Positions 28,911-37,858 of a DNA stretch of 64,000 nucleotides are shown in pieces. Source of the stretch: a virus. The notes beneath the pieces are model-generated. The model made no database searches. It was not told where the DNA came from and worked only from the letters and a program-made list of their open reading frames with translations. Each line of letters begins with the position of its first letter. The stretch's first letter is position 1. Made by a program: the position numbers and the translations under genes. Location of the stretch: IMG/VR virus record IMGVR_UViG_3300050821_003884, positions 16,898 through 80,897 of that record. One strand, 5' to 3'.

Positions 28911-29011
28911 GTGTATGGAATTATGGGGGTTACGGGTAGAAATTGCTGGAAAAATATGCACGAACGGTGTACATAACTAGTGGACACAATTGGTGCTCAC
29001 GATTGGTGCTT

Positions 29012-29518
29012 ATGGATATCAATCATTGTTTGCGTTGCGGGCGGGACTGGTGCTACCGGGGTGAAGGCAGGGCGCTGCGCTGCGGCAAATGCAAGAGTCC
29101 GTACTGGGACCGGCCCATGGGAAACGCAATACAGCCAGTGTTGGTGAGTGTGCCAGACAGTGTGAGCGAAGTGCCGCGCAAGCCGGTGCAGTCGGCGGCG
29201 GAGCCGTCCATGGATATCTTGCGGGAGATGGCGGCGGGCCGGATTCCGGCGGAATATCGGGAACCAGCGAAGAATGCCGGGACTTCTATACGTCAGACCG
29301 CCTACCCGGTGGAAAAGGGCGAAGCGCTGTTCTTTCTGGATCGGCAGGCGTCTCCGGGAAACGGCTTTATGAATGATGAGGCGGGGCCGGAAGCTGAGAT
29401 GTGCCCGATCCGGGGCCGGGACGACCAGCGTGGTGAGTGGATACTGTGTGCCCTGCCCAAGCATGATCCGCGCAAGGTGAAATGCGTGCCGGGGGAAAGG
29501 GTGCCGTATGACGAGTGA
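29012..29518 (+). CDS. C4 zinc-ribbon protein, first gene of the right arm
   Basis: CLRCGRDW...CGKCKSPYW. Confidence 0.6.
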   Translation: MDINHCLRCGRDWCYRGEGRALRCGKCKSPYWDRPMGNAIQPVLVSVPDSVSEVPRKPVQSAAEPSMDILREMAAGRIPAEYREPAKNAGTSIRQTAYPVEKGEALFFLDRQASPGNGFMNDEAGPEAEMCPIRGRDDQRGEWILCALPKHDPRKVKCVPGERVPYDE

Positions 29519-29533
29519 GTATGTGGAGGTAGC

Positions 29534-29791
29534 ATGAGATTTCTTCCGATCTACGTGGGGGAAGTAATGGTGGGCTTCGAAGCACAGGCGGAGAGTGAGG
29601 ACGACATCGCGGTGTTGTTCTGTCTGGCGGGATTGAAGCCGCGAGTCTACGGCGACGGGGATAGATTGCCCGCAGTACTGAGGCTGTGCCCGGAGCTGCC
29701 TTACAAGCTGTGCCCGATAGAGCCGATGATGAACTTGAACCCGGTACGGAAGTTGCCGAAAGATTATGCCGGTCCTGCGAAAAAGAGCTGA
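29534..29791 (+). CDS. Hypothetical protein
   Basis: GGAGG RBS. Confidence 0.55.
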   Translation: MRFLPIYVGEVMVGFEAQAESEDDIAVLFCLAGLKPRVYGDGDRLPAVLRLCPELPYKLCPIEPMMNLNPVRKLPKDYAGPAKKS

Positions 29792-29837
29792 AGCTAACAG
29801 GGAGAGCATTAAGGGAACTTAAGGACGGGAGGGGAAT

Positions 29838-30161
29838 ATGGCGGAACAACCGTTGCGGGAACTTTACCAGCGTCTAAACCATTTGCTGTACGACGCCTCG
29901 CTGACTATCGACCACTTCGAAGCCAGCCCGGAACTGGACAGGCTGCCCAACGTGGCCGACATGGGAGCGCGTCGGGTGGGTTACCCGGAAACGGAGAAGT
30001 ACTGCCGGTTCAAGGTGGACCAGATGATCGCGCATGCCGAAGCCATCCACGACGAAATGGACAGGGTGGCAAAGGTACTGGAAAGGCTGGCGGCTGAAGT
30101 GCAGCCTTCCGTGGCGGAAACGGGTCCGTGGCGCGAGCTTTTACGTTTTAATAAAAAGTAA
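29838..30161 (+). CDS. Hypothetical protein directly upstream of the array
   Basis: GGGAGGGG RBS. Confidence 0.6.
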   Translation: MAEQPLRELYQRLNHLLYDASLTIDHFEASPELDRLPNVADMGARRVGYPETEKYCRFKVDQMIAHAEAIHDEMDRVAKVLERLAAEVQPSVAETGPWRELLRFNKK

Positions 30162-31775
30162 GCGCCATCAGAAGTAGAGCGTCAAGCCAAAGAAATCGTG
30201 CGTGCCAAGTAATTTGCGTGAGCCAACTGATACGCGAGCGCCATGAAGGGAGAGTGAGCCGCTATGCTGGAGAGCGCCAAATGAAGGGAGCGGTACACTG
30301 GGGCGTCCGAATCATGGCCGATGAGAGTACCACAGTGTCAGAGTGAACCAAACGAGTGATATAAGGGGTTTTTGTACATTAACCATTGTCTAGGCGAGCA
30401 CCACGAACAGCGAGTGAATCATGGGACATGAGAGTGCCAAGAGGCGGGAGTGAATCAAGCAAATTGAGAGTACCGGGAAAAGGGAGTGGCGAGCCATTTG
30501 CGGATGCGAGTGCCAAAGCAAGCGTGCGAGCCAGCCTAAGTGAGCGACAGCCGTTCTTGATACGAGCGCCATGGAGTGGGAGCGAACCATATCTTGAGTG
30601 AGCGCCAAAATGGTGGTGTGAACCACCGAAATTGCGAGTACCAAAGTAAATGCGTGAACCGGAAAGCTATGAGAGCACCAGAATCAGGGAGTGAGCCAAA
30701 GATCGTGAGAGCGCCAAAGGCCGAGGAGCGAACCATCATTGCTGCGAGCACCATTAAAGTTGCGTGAATCAGTAATCATGCGAGCACCAAAAGAGGTGAG
30801 TGAATCAGACATGACGAGAGCGCCAAGATCAGCGAGTGAACCAGTAATTATGCGAGCACCAGAATAATAGCGTGAACCAATCTAGCAGCGAGCACCAAGA
30901 CGATAGAGTGAATCATGCAAACTGCGAGTGCCACGCCCGGAGAGTGAACCAAAGTATGAGCGGGTGCCAAACCAAATGCGTGAATAAACGAATGATACAG
31001 GTGGCTTTTATAATTTTAATTTCAGCCAAAATTACTTGCGAGCGCCATCGTAAGAGTGAACCAAGTCTTTGGCGAGTGCCGGGAATCCCGCGTGAGCCAA
31101 TAGGTAGTGCGAGCGCCAAAGTGACAGTGCGAACCGAAAGACGCGAGATGCGCCAAAGAAAATGCGTGAACCGTAATGAAAGTGAGCGCCAAGTTCAGAG
31201 CGTGAACCAAGTTGATTGCGAGCACCATTAACGGCGAGTGAACCAACATGGATGTGCGTGCCAAGCGCATGGAGTGAAATGAGTGATACCGGGGCTTTTG
31301 CTTTTCAAACCATTACATCGGCGGGTGCCAATAAACGAGCGTGAAATTAACCAGTTCAAATGCGCAGTACCAAATAATCCGCGTGAACCACAAAGTAGTG
31401 CGAGCACCACAACACCGGCGTGAACCATATGCACCGCGTGTGCCATAGTAAAAGCAAAAGCCCCGGTATCGCTCGTTTAACCAACCTTACGGCGAGCGCC
31501 AAGTTGGAAGCGTGGAACCGGAATCAGAGTGAGCGCCAAATACGCTGAGTGAAACCATGGGTGTTGCGAGCACCAGTAAGACTGCGTGAACCAAGATCAG
31601 GGAGAGTGCCAATCGATGAGAGTGAACCAAGTACACCGGGAGTTACCAAAGGAGTTGAGTGAACCAAAGAGTGTTGCGAGTGCCATAACTGCGGAGTAAC
31701 CAACCCACAAGCGAGTACCAAAGATTACGCGTGAACTAATTCATTTGCGAGCGCCAAGGAATCGGAGTGAACCAA
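30161..31775 (+). repeat. TIGR-like dual-repeat guide array, segment 1 (~40 units of 36 nt)
   Basis: Alternating G(A/C)GTGAACCA and GNGAG(C/T)(A/G)CCA repeats separated by 8(-9)-nt variable spacers. Confidence 0.85.
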
Positions 31776-31794
31776 TCAGCAGGGGAGGAGGACC

Positions 31795-31953
31795 GTGAAA
31801 ACTTACACCGTGCTGCTCAGGGACCGCAGTTATCACGAAATTAAAGCCATGAACGAAAACAGCGCTTACAACAAGGCCCTGCGCCGCTTCGGAATCCATA
31901 GCGTCTTTGCCGTCTGGCGGACCCGATCAGCGCCCGGAGTCTTTAAGGATTAA
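31795..31953 (+). CDS. 52-aa ORF embedded in the array
   Basis: GGAGGAGG RBS, GTG start, MKTYTVLLRDRSYHEIKAMNENSAYNKALRRFG...; no repeats inside. Confidence 0.6.
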   Translation: MKTYTVLLRDRSYHEIKAMNENSAYNKALRRFGIHSVFAVWRTRSAPGVFKD

Positions 31954-31962
31954 GGGAACAAC

Positions 31963-32250
31963 AGCCAGTGTAGATGCGAGCGCCAAGATACCAGTGTGAG
32001 CCGATGTACAGCGAAAGCCATCTTTGACGGGAGTACCGGAAGGATTGAGTGAACCAATGTCGAAGGTGAGCACCACGGTATAGGAGTGAACCAATAGATG
32101 CGAGAGCGCCACAGCCATAGCGTGAACCAGCTTGATAGTGAGTGCCAGATATAGGGAGTGAACCAGAACCCTAGAGAGCGCCAAGATTGAGGAGTGAATT
32201 TGAAAGAAGTTACCCCGGATCGCGTGCGAGTGCCGAATCCAAGGAGTGAA
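31963..32250 (+). repeat. TIGR-like array, segment 2 (~7 units)
   Basis: Same repeat alternation up to the Tas start codon. Confidence 0.85.
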
Positions 32251-32259
32251 TTTTAATTT

Positions 32260-33276
32260 ATGAGCACCATCGCACCCATCGCTGAAGTCATGGAGCCGCT
32301 CAAGCGGCTTACGCGGGATTTAGCCAAAGCCGCCGTCACCCTGTCCGCGCACGAGGCGCGGTTTCTGGTGGACGCCTACTACATGATGCAGAAGAACCGC
32401 ATCGCCGCCGCGCATCAGATTCGTACCCTGAGCGCGGGCAACGAACCCCACACCGTGCTGGACTGGCTGGAAACCCAGAGCGAGATGCTGGAATCGCAGA
32501 TCAAACGCGCTCTGGACAAGTGGACGGACGCGAACCCGGTCGGCATCTGGGCAAAGAGTATCACCGGCATCGGCCCCGTCATCGCGGCGGGATTACTGGC
32601 GCATATCGACATCACCCACTCGGAGACGGCGGGGCATATCTGGTCCTTCGCCGGACTCAATCCCGAGATGGTGTGGAAGAAAGGAGAGAAGCGGCCTTTC
32701 AACGCGTCGCTCAAAACCCTGTGCGCCTTCAAACTGGGCGAGTCGTTCGTGAAGGTGCAGGCGAATGAAAACGACATCTACGGCAGGGTCTTCGCCATGC
32801 GCAAGAAGCAGGAAGCGGAATACAATGTGGCGGGCAGGTTTGCCCAGATAGCCGCGACGAAGGCGGCGATGGTTGGCAAGTCCACCGACGCGTACAAGGC
32901 GTACAGCGCCAACCTGCTGCCCCCGGCGCACATCCATGCGCGGGCCAGACGCTACGCGGTAAAACTGTTTTTAGCCCATTACCACATGGTGGCTTATTTC
33001 CAGCACCACCAGCGGCTGCCGCCCTTTCCCTACGCCTTCTCCCATCTGGAAGGGCACATCCACTTCATCGAGCCGCCGCATGCGGATTTGATTCCGGGCC
33101 TGCCTGCGGCGCTGAATATCTACCAGTTAGAGATGCGCAACCGGCCAAGGAATTTTAATCCACGACAACCAAAAGCTATGAGCGCACCAATGCAGATGAG
33201 TGAACCAGTGTCGCCGGGTGTACCAAGAAACGAGAGTGAACCGAAGCCGAAAGGCAAAAGGAAGCGCAAGGCGTAA
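32260..33276 (+). CDS. tasA: Nop/IS110-related RNA-binding protein without a nuclease domain (TasA-like)
   Basis: Coiled coil (LVDAYYMMQKNRI), SITGIGPVIAAGLLA and IWSFAGL motifs, HIHARARRYAVKLFLAH; no DEDD RuvC, HNH or IS110 catalytic SG; flanked by 36-nt arrays. Confidence 0.8.
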   Translation: MSTIAPIAEVMEPLKRLTRDLAKAAVTLSAHEARFLVDAYYMMQKNRIAAAHQIRTLSAGNEPHTVLDWLETQSEMLESQIKRALDKWTDANPVGIWAKSITGIGPVIAAGLLAHIDITHSETAGHIWSFAGLNPEMVWKKGEKRPFNASLKTLCAFKLGESFVKVQANENDIYGRVFAMRKKQEAEYNVAGRFAQIAATKAAMVGKSTDAYKAYSANLLPPAHIHARARRYAVKLFLAHYHMVAYFQHHQRLPPFPYAFSHLEGHIHFIEPPHADLIPGLPAALNIYQLEMRNRPRNFNPRQPKAMSAPMQMSEPVSPGVPRNESEPKPKGKRKRKA

Positions 33277-34052
33277 ACCACAGTACTTGCGAGCACCAAG
33301 CAGTCGGAGTGAACCAGAGAATCGGAGAGCACCAAGCCAAGGGAGTGAACCAGCACACGAGAGAGCACCAAGGAGCGCGAGTGAACCAGTAAGTTAGCGA
33401 GTACCAAGAACCGCGAGTGAACCATTAGCAGTTGCGAGCACCAGAACTAGGGAGTGAACCAGTAGCCACGTGAGCACCAATATCGGTGAGTGAACCATCA
33501 TGGTTGTGAGCACCAGAGGAAACACGTGAACCAAGATTTCCGTGAGCGCCAATGGACGAGAGTAAACCGGAAAGCGGGAGAGCACCAAGCGGATAGAGTG
33601 AACCAAACCAGCAATACCGGGGCTTTTGTACTTTGAACTAATTCATCAGGGAGCGCCAAAAAGAATGCGTGAACCATGGGCCATGCGGGTGCCAAAGCAC
33701 GAGAGTGAAAACCATTCCGCGTGAGCGTACCAAAAATGTCGCGTGAACCAGAGTCGTTGTGAGTGCCATACAAAGGGAGTGAGCGGGTTTTGTACTTAAC
33801 CGATTATCAGGCGAGCGCCAGCGTCGAGGAGTGAACCACGAGCCGCGAGAGCACCAATGCTGCGGAGTGAACCAGAAGGAGATGAGAGCGCCAAGGCAGG
33901 GAAGTGAACCAGTGTACCAGTGAGCACCAAAATGAGTGAGTGAACCATTAGATTAAGGGAGCACCAATAGTACGGCGTGAACCAAAAAGCGAGAGAGCGC
34001 CAAGTTGGAAGTGTGAACCAAAGGACATGAGAGTGCCAGACAAAGGGAGTGA
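33167..34052 (+). repeat. TIGR-like array, segment 3 (~22 units)
   Basis: Example AACCA-CAGTACTT-GCGAGCACCA-AGCAGTCG-GAGTG; starts inside the 3' end of the Tas ORF. Confidence 0.85.
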
Positions 34053-34251
34053 AATTAAATTCAGCTCCGGCGTGCGTGGCAAGTACGCCGGGAAGCTGCC
34101 GCTGGTGGCCGACGTGAGTATTAGCATCACCTGCCCCAAGTGCGGGATGACGAGTTACAACCCGAACGACGTAAGCCAGCGTTACTGCGGCAACTGCCAT
34201 GCATTTCACGACGACATGAAAGAGGGGTTTGAACGTGGCCCTAGAAGCTGA
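34027..34251 (+). CDS. Small zinc-finger protein (start uncertain)
   Basis: ITCPKCGMTSYNPND...YCGNCH phage motif. Confidence 0.55.
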   Translation: MRVPDKGSEIKFSSGVRGKYAGKLPLVADVSISITCPKCGMTSYNPNDVSQRYCGNCHAFHDDMKEGFERGPRS

Positions 34252-34729
34252 GATCGAGCGCGGCTGGGCGCTGCTGGAACTGGATGTGCCTGCCTTAGAG
34301 GGCGGCGTCGCCATGAAGTTTGTCGTCGAAAACGATACCGAATCGACTATCGTCTTCGTGCCCGAACCGGAAGTGATCAACGATCCCGATCTGAAAAGCG
34401 CCGTTGCCCAGAAGGTGCGTAAGCTGGTGCGGGAGATGGACGCGCACACCGTCTATCACATCTCCGATGCATGGACCGGCCACGTGCCCGACGCCAAGAA
34501 CAGGCCGGAGCTGATGCGACTGGTGCAGGAGGTCGGGATAAAGAAGGCTTCCGAAATGGGCCTTGCCACCGTGCGCGAAGCTCTGATGTGCCAGATTACC
34601 AAGCGCAATGAGGCCGCCCTGCTGCGCTGGTTCTATCGCCGCGAGGGCACGGAAGAAAAGATCGTCATGGAGGAGCGCGATAAAATCAACGGACTGGCGC
34701 AGGGAAGATTCTCCAAGCTCTTTACCTGA
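34229..34729 (+). CDS. Hypothetical protein
   Basis: HISDAW...REAL motif; start uncertain. Confidence 0.55.
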   Translation: MNVALEAEIERGWALLELDVPALEGGVAMKFVVENDTESTIVFVPEPEVINDPDLKSAVAQKVRKLVREMDAHTVYHISDAWTGHVPDAKNRPELMRLVQEVGIKKASEMGLATVREALMCQITKRNEAALLRWFYRREGTEEKIVMEERDKINGLAQGRFSKLFT

Positions 34730-34753
34730 AAATAAATTCTGGAGGGAAGTTAC

Positions 34754-35314
34754 ATGAGCTGCCCACGCGACGGAAGGCAGAGCCACCCCCTGTTCCAAAC
34801 GTGGCGTTCCATGGTGCGTCGGTGCCACGATCCAAAGTTTAGGCACTATAAGAATTACGGCGCACGTGGCATTCGCGTCTGCGATGTATGGCGACGGTCA
34901 TTCTGGCAGTTCGTGACTGACGTAGGCCAGCGGCCAGCGGGCCGTAGCTTAGACCGGGAGGATAATAACGGTCCTTATTCTCCCGGCAATGTTAAATGGG
35001 CTACACGCGAGGAACAGGGTCGAAACACGCGCTTCAATCGTCTGCTTACGGTCAACGGTGTTACGAAAACATTGCAGGAGTGGAGCAATGAAACGGGTCG
35101 CCCGAAGAGCACTCTTTTTAATCGCATCCGACGCGGCTGGACGGGCGAGGAGGCTGTGCTCACCCCCGTGCGCGGAGAAAGCGTCTTGAGCGTGTGCCAT
35201 GAGCTTGGGTTGAACCCTAATACGGTAGCGGGCAGACTACGCCGTGGCTGGACATGGGAGCAAGCGATTGCTAAACCTGTTCAGGTCCATCGAAGGAGAG
35301 ATTATGTCCACTAA
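34754..35314 (+). CDS. HNH-like endonuclease with repeated DNA-binding tail
   Basis: WRSMVRRC...YGARGIRVC..W...SLDREDNNGPYSPGNVKWAT; RIRRGW/RLRRGW repeats. Confidence 0.75.
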   Translation: MSCPRDGRQSHPLFQTWRSMVRRCHDPKFRHYKNYGARGIRVCDVWRRSFWQFVTDVGQRPAGRSLDREDNNGPYSPGNVKWATREEQGRNTRFNRLLTVNGVTKTLQEWSNETGRPKSTLFNRIRRGWTGEEAVLTPVRGESVLSVCHELGLNPNTVAGRLRRGWTWEQAIAKPVQVHRRRDYVH

Positions 35315-35972
35315 ATGCCCCGTTGAACACACTCTGAGGCCGGATTTGCCACCCTTGCCGGAAAATATGAAGCATTTGCCTATCTTTCGTTCTTACCCCG
35401 TGCCCGCCTTCGTCCACTGGCTGGAAAACGGCGAACCCGAGTTCCGCATCCTTGAGCCGGGTTACTTCGTCAAAGCCATCCGCCAGTCCCTGTGCTGGGT
35501 CTGCGGCCTGCCTTTTACCAACCGCCGCAGAGCCTTCGTCATTGGGCCGATGTGCGCCATCAACCGCATCTCCGCCGAGCCACCCTGCCATGTGGAATGC
35601 GCCCGCTTCTCCGCCATCGGCTGCCCCTTCATGAGCCGTCCTCACATGGTCCGGCGCGAGGACAACCTGCCCGATGGCATCCACGTGCAGGAAGGCCACG
35701 TCGAGCATAATCCCACCGTGGCGCTGGTCTACCACACGCGAAAGTTCAAGGTCTTCAACACCAAGACCGGCCCGCTGGTTGAAATGGATGAGCCATACGA
35801 CGTGGAGTGGTATTACCAAGGGCGCAGGGCCACGCGGGACGAGGTTCTGGGGGCGCTGGTGAAGGGCATCGCGCAACTGCGCGATGAAGCTCTCACGCAC
35901 GGCCCGGAGGCGGTCACGGAGATGGAGAAGCAGATCGCCTACGTGCTCGACAATCTGGTGCCGGTACGATGA
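35304..35972 (+). CDS. Conserved phage protein
   Basis: CWVCG...FVIGPMCAINR..EPPCHVECA...CPF. Confidence 0.65.
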   Translation: MSTKCPVEHTLRPDLPPLPENMKHLPIFRSYPVPAFVHWLENGEPEFRILEPGYFVKAIRQSLCWVCGLPFTNRRRAFVIGPMCAINRISAEPPCHVECARFSAIGCPFMSRPHMVRREDNLPDGIHVQEGHVEHNPTVALVYHTRKFKVFNTKTGPLVEMDEPYDVEWYYQGRRATRDEVLGALVKGIAQLRDEALTHGPEAVTEMEKQIAYVLDNLVPVR

Positions 35973-36247
35973 GCGGCGACATGAAAGTAAAGTTCATCCC
36001 TTCGGGCCGGGGCAAGGCGCAGTGTCCGCCCGATCCGGAGTTTCCCAAAGGCGTGCATATCCGCGCTCCCGCAGGCGTTGTCCACACTTGCAGGGTGGAG
36101 CTGCCCTATCCCGCCCCGGAGTGCGGCATGTTCAGCATCGCGTGCGAGCGCTGCGGCCTTACGGTGATGATTACGGCGGCGGGGCGGGTAGACGATCCGG
36201 TCAGCGTGGAGCTGCCCTGCGCGTGGACGGCAGGCAGAAAGGGATAA
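35969..36247 (+). CDS. Cys-rich hypothetical protein
   Basis: Coupled ORF. Confidence 0.55.
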   Translation: MSGDMKVKFIPSGRGKAQCPPDPEFPKGVHIRAPAGVVHTCRVELPYPAPECGMFSIACERCGLTVMITAAGRVDDPVSVELPCAWTAGRKG

Positions 36248-36252
36248 AGCGG

Positions 36253-36438
36253 ATGAAAAGCGAACAGGAGGTACGCACCCGACTTGAAGCCATCTACGAC
36301 GAGCTGGTGCGCCTGCGTCACCAGCCCAAGCCATGGGCGCTCCAGACGCGGCAGGATATCGACCGCGCCCACGGACGCATCGACGCGCTGGAATGGGTGC
36401 TGGAACTGGGGATATACGGGGCCGAGGCCAAGCGATGA
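36253..36438 (+). CDS. Small phage protein
   Basis: MKSEQEV...IDALEWVL motif. Confidence 0.55.
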   Translation: MKSEQEVRTRLEAIYDELVRLRHQPKPWALQTRQDIDRAHGRIDALEWVLELGIYGAEAKR

Positions 36439-36671
36439 AGGCGGCGAGCGAACTGGCGGCGCTGAGGGCGGAAAACGAGCGGCTGAAGCAGGTGCTCGCG
36501 ACGATACAGGAGGAGTGCAACAACTTTGTCGAAGCGTACTCCTTCGCCAAGCCGTATCCGAAGGGGTATATCTACACGCTGGCGGAGTCCCGCGCCGGGA
36601 TGGTCTTTGCCCACGGACGCTTTCAGGTGATGGCCAAGAAGATCGCCGAGGCTATAAGTGGGGTATCTTAA
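36435..36671 (+). CDS. Hypothetical coiled-coil protein
   Basis: ATGA-coupled. Confidence 0.5.
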   Translation: MKAASELAALRAENERLKQVLATIQEECNNFVEAYSFAKPYPKGYIYTLAESRAGMVFAHGRFQVMAKKIAEAISGVS

Positions 36672-37092
36672 GCAAGGGTTAAGTTATAAACCAAGAGCCA
36701 TTTTATATAATCAGGTTAGTAAGTTAAGTTATTCCCCCTGTAAGGGATGCAGACCTTAGTAACATCGGAAATAAATTGTTGTTTTTGTCGCCGAATGCCT
36801 TGACAAATTGATGATGATCATCAGATATTTGTGATCAACGTCAGGCGGGATATTTAGCCTCCCCCGTTGCCCGTAACACAGTACGGGCGCACAAAGGTTT
36901 CTGTCGCACGCCGCCACGTGAAGGGGAAATCTTCCCCGCAACCCAGCAATGGGAAATTAAAATTTTCGCCGCTACTTCGCTGAATTGCGACAGCGGCGAG
37001 TTGCGTTTTTAGGGTTGATTGCTGTTTCGCCGACTTACGGACTTGCAAAGAATTGCGCCTTTTACCGCTGAGCTATTGCTGGGAGGCTGAAA

Positions 37093-37278
37093 TTGGCTAC
37101 ACAAAGTACCTTCGAAACATCTATGCAGCGTGCCTGTTTACGCTGCGGGCATGAGTGGATTCAGCGCAAGATTTCCGATGACAAACCGGCCCAGTGTCCG
37201 GCGTGCAAAAGTCCGAAGTGGAACATTAAATCCACTCGGGCGCGGGCGGGAAAGCGAAAAAGCGACAACCCAAATTAA
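37093..37278 (+). CDS. C4 zinc-ribbon protein
   Basis: CLRCGHEW...PAQCPACKSPKWN. Confidence 0.6.
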   Translation: MATQSTFETSMQRACLRCGHEWIQRKISDDKPAQCPACKSPKWNIKSTRARAGKRKSDNPN

Positions 37279-37327
37279 AACCGGGGAGGGGGCTGAGCCA
37301 TGCCCGGAAACCGGGCGGAGGAGCGGC

Positions 37328-37858
37328 ATGAGCTTCCACGAGCAGGCCAATGACGAAACCAATCGCCTCTGGGCTTATCGCGAGGGTGAGAACGCGTTCG
37401 ACAACGACCAGCGCAAGTGGGTATATGCCCGCGATAACCGCGAGCATGTGCTGAGGCTGGAAGAGGCCGTGCGCGATCTGGAAGAGCTGCCGAAAGGCAC
37501 GCCGATTCCCCTCGCCGATCTCGACGCCCTGCTCACGCGTACCGATGGCGAGCGTGCGCGGCTGAGGAAGGAGAACGACTACCTGCGCGGCGTGGTGGGC
37601 AACGGAAATTACGCCTGCGTCTACTGCGGGCTGTCGCGGGAAGACATGGCCAAGTGCCCCAGCGGCTTTCCCGGCTGCGCCCGCGCCGACGACATCCTGT
37701 GCGCTCCGCCCTGCGCGGGCTGCATCCGCCTCGCCGAGGTGCGCAGAGAGACGCTGGCCAAGGCGCGGGACTGGCTACAGGAAAATAACGGAGCGCTGGC
37801 GGCCTATGCCGAAGAGATGTATCGGGCGCTGGCTCCGAAAGTTACGGAGGACACATGA
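37328..37858 (+). CDS. Hypothetical protein
   Basis: GGAGGAG RBS; CVYCGL...CPSGFPGC. Confidence 0.6.
   Translation: MSFHEQANDETNRLWAYREGENAFDNDQRKWVYARDNREHVLRLEEAVRDLEELPKGTPIPLADLDALLTRTDGERARLRKENDYLRGVVGNGNYACVYCGLSREDMAKCPSGFPGCARADDILCAPPCAGCIRLAEVRRETLAKARDWLQENNGALAAYAEEMYRALAPKVTEDT

Noticed and set aside
27483-28980. ORFs in the central region
   Set aside because: Overlapping, low-complexity, no RBS; better explained as non-coding repeats
32260-33276. IS110 transposase / insertion sequence
   Set aside because: Lacks the N-terminal DEDD RuvC domain and the catalytic serine motif; flanked by arrays rather than IS ends
30161-34052. CRISPR array
   Set aside because: Two alternating ~10-nt repeats with 8-nt spacers do not fit CRISPR geometry, and no cas genes are present
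30386-34139. Many short ORFs on both strands over the arrays
   Set aside because: Products of the 36-nt periodicity (repeating SEP, VNQ, WFT, VHS peptides), with no RBS
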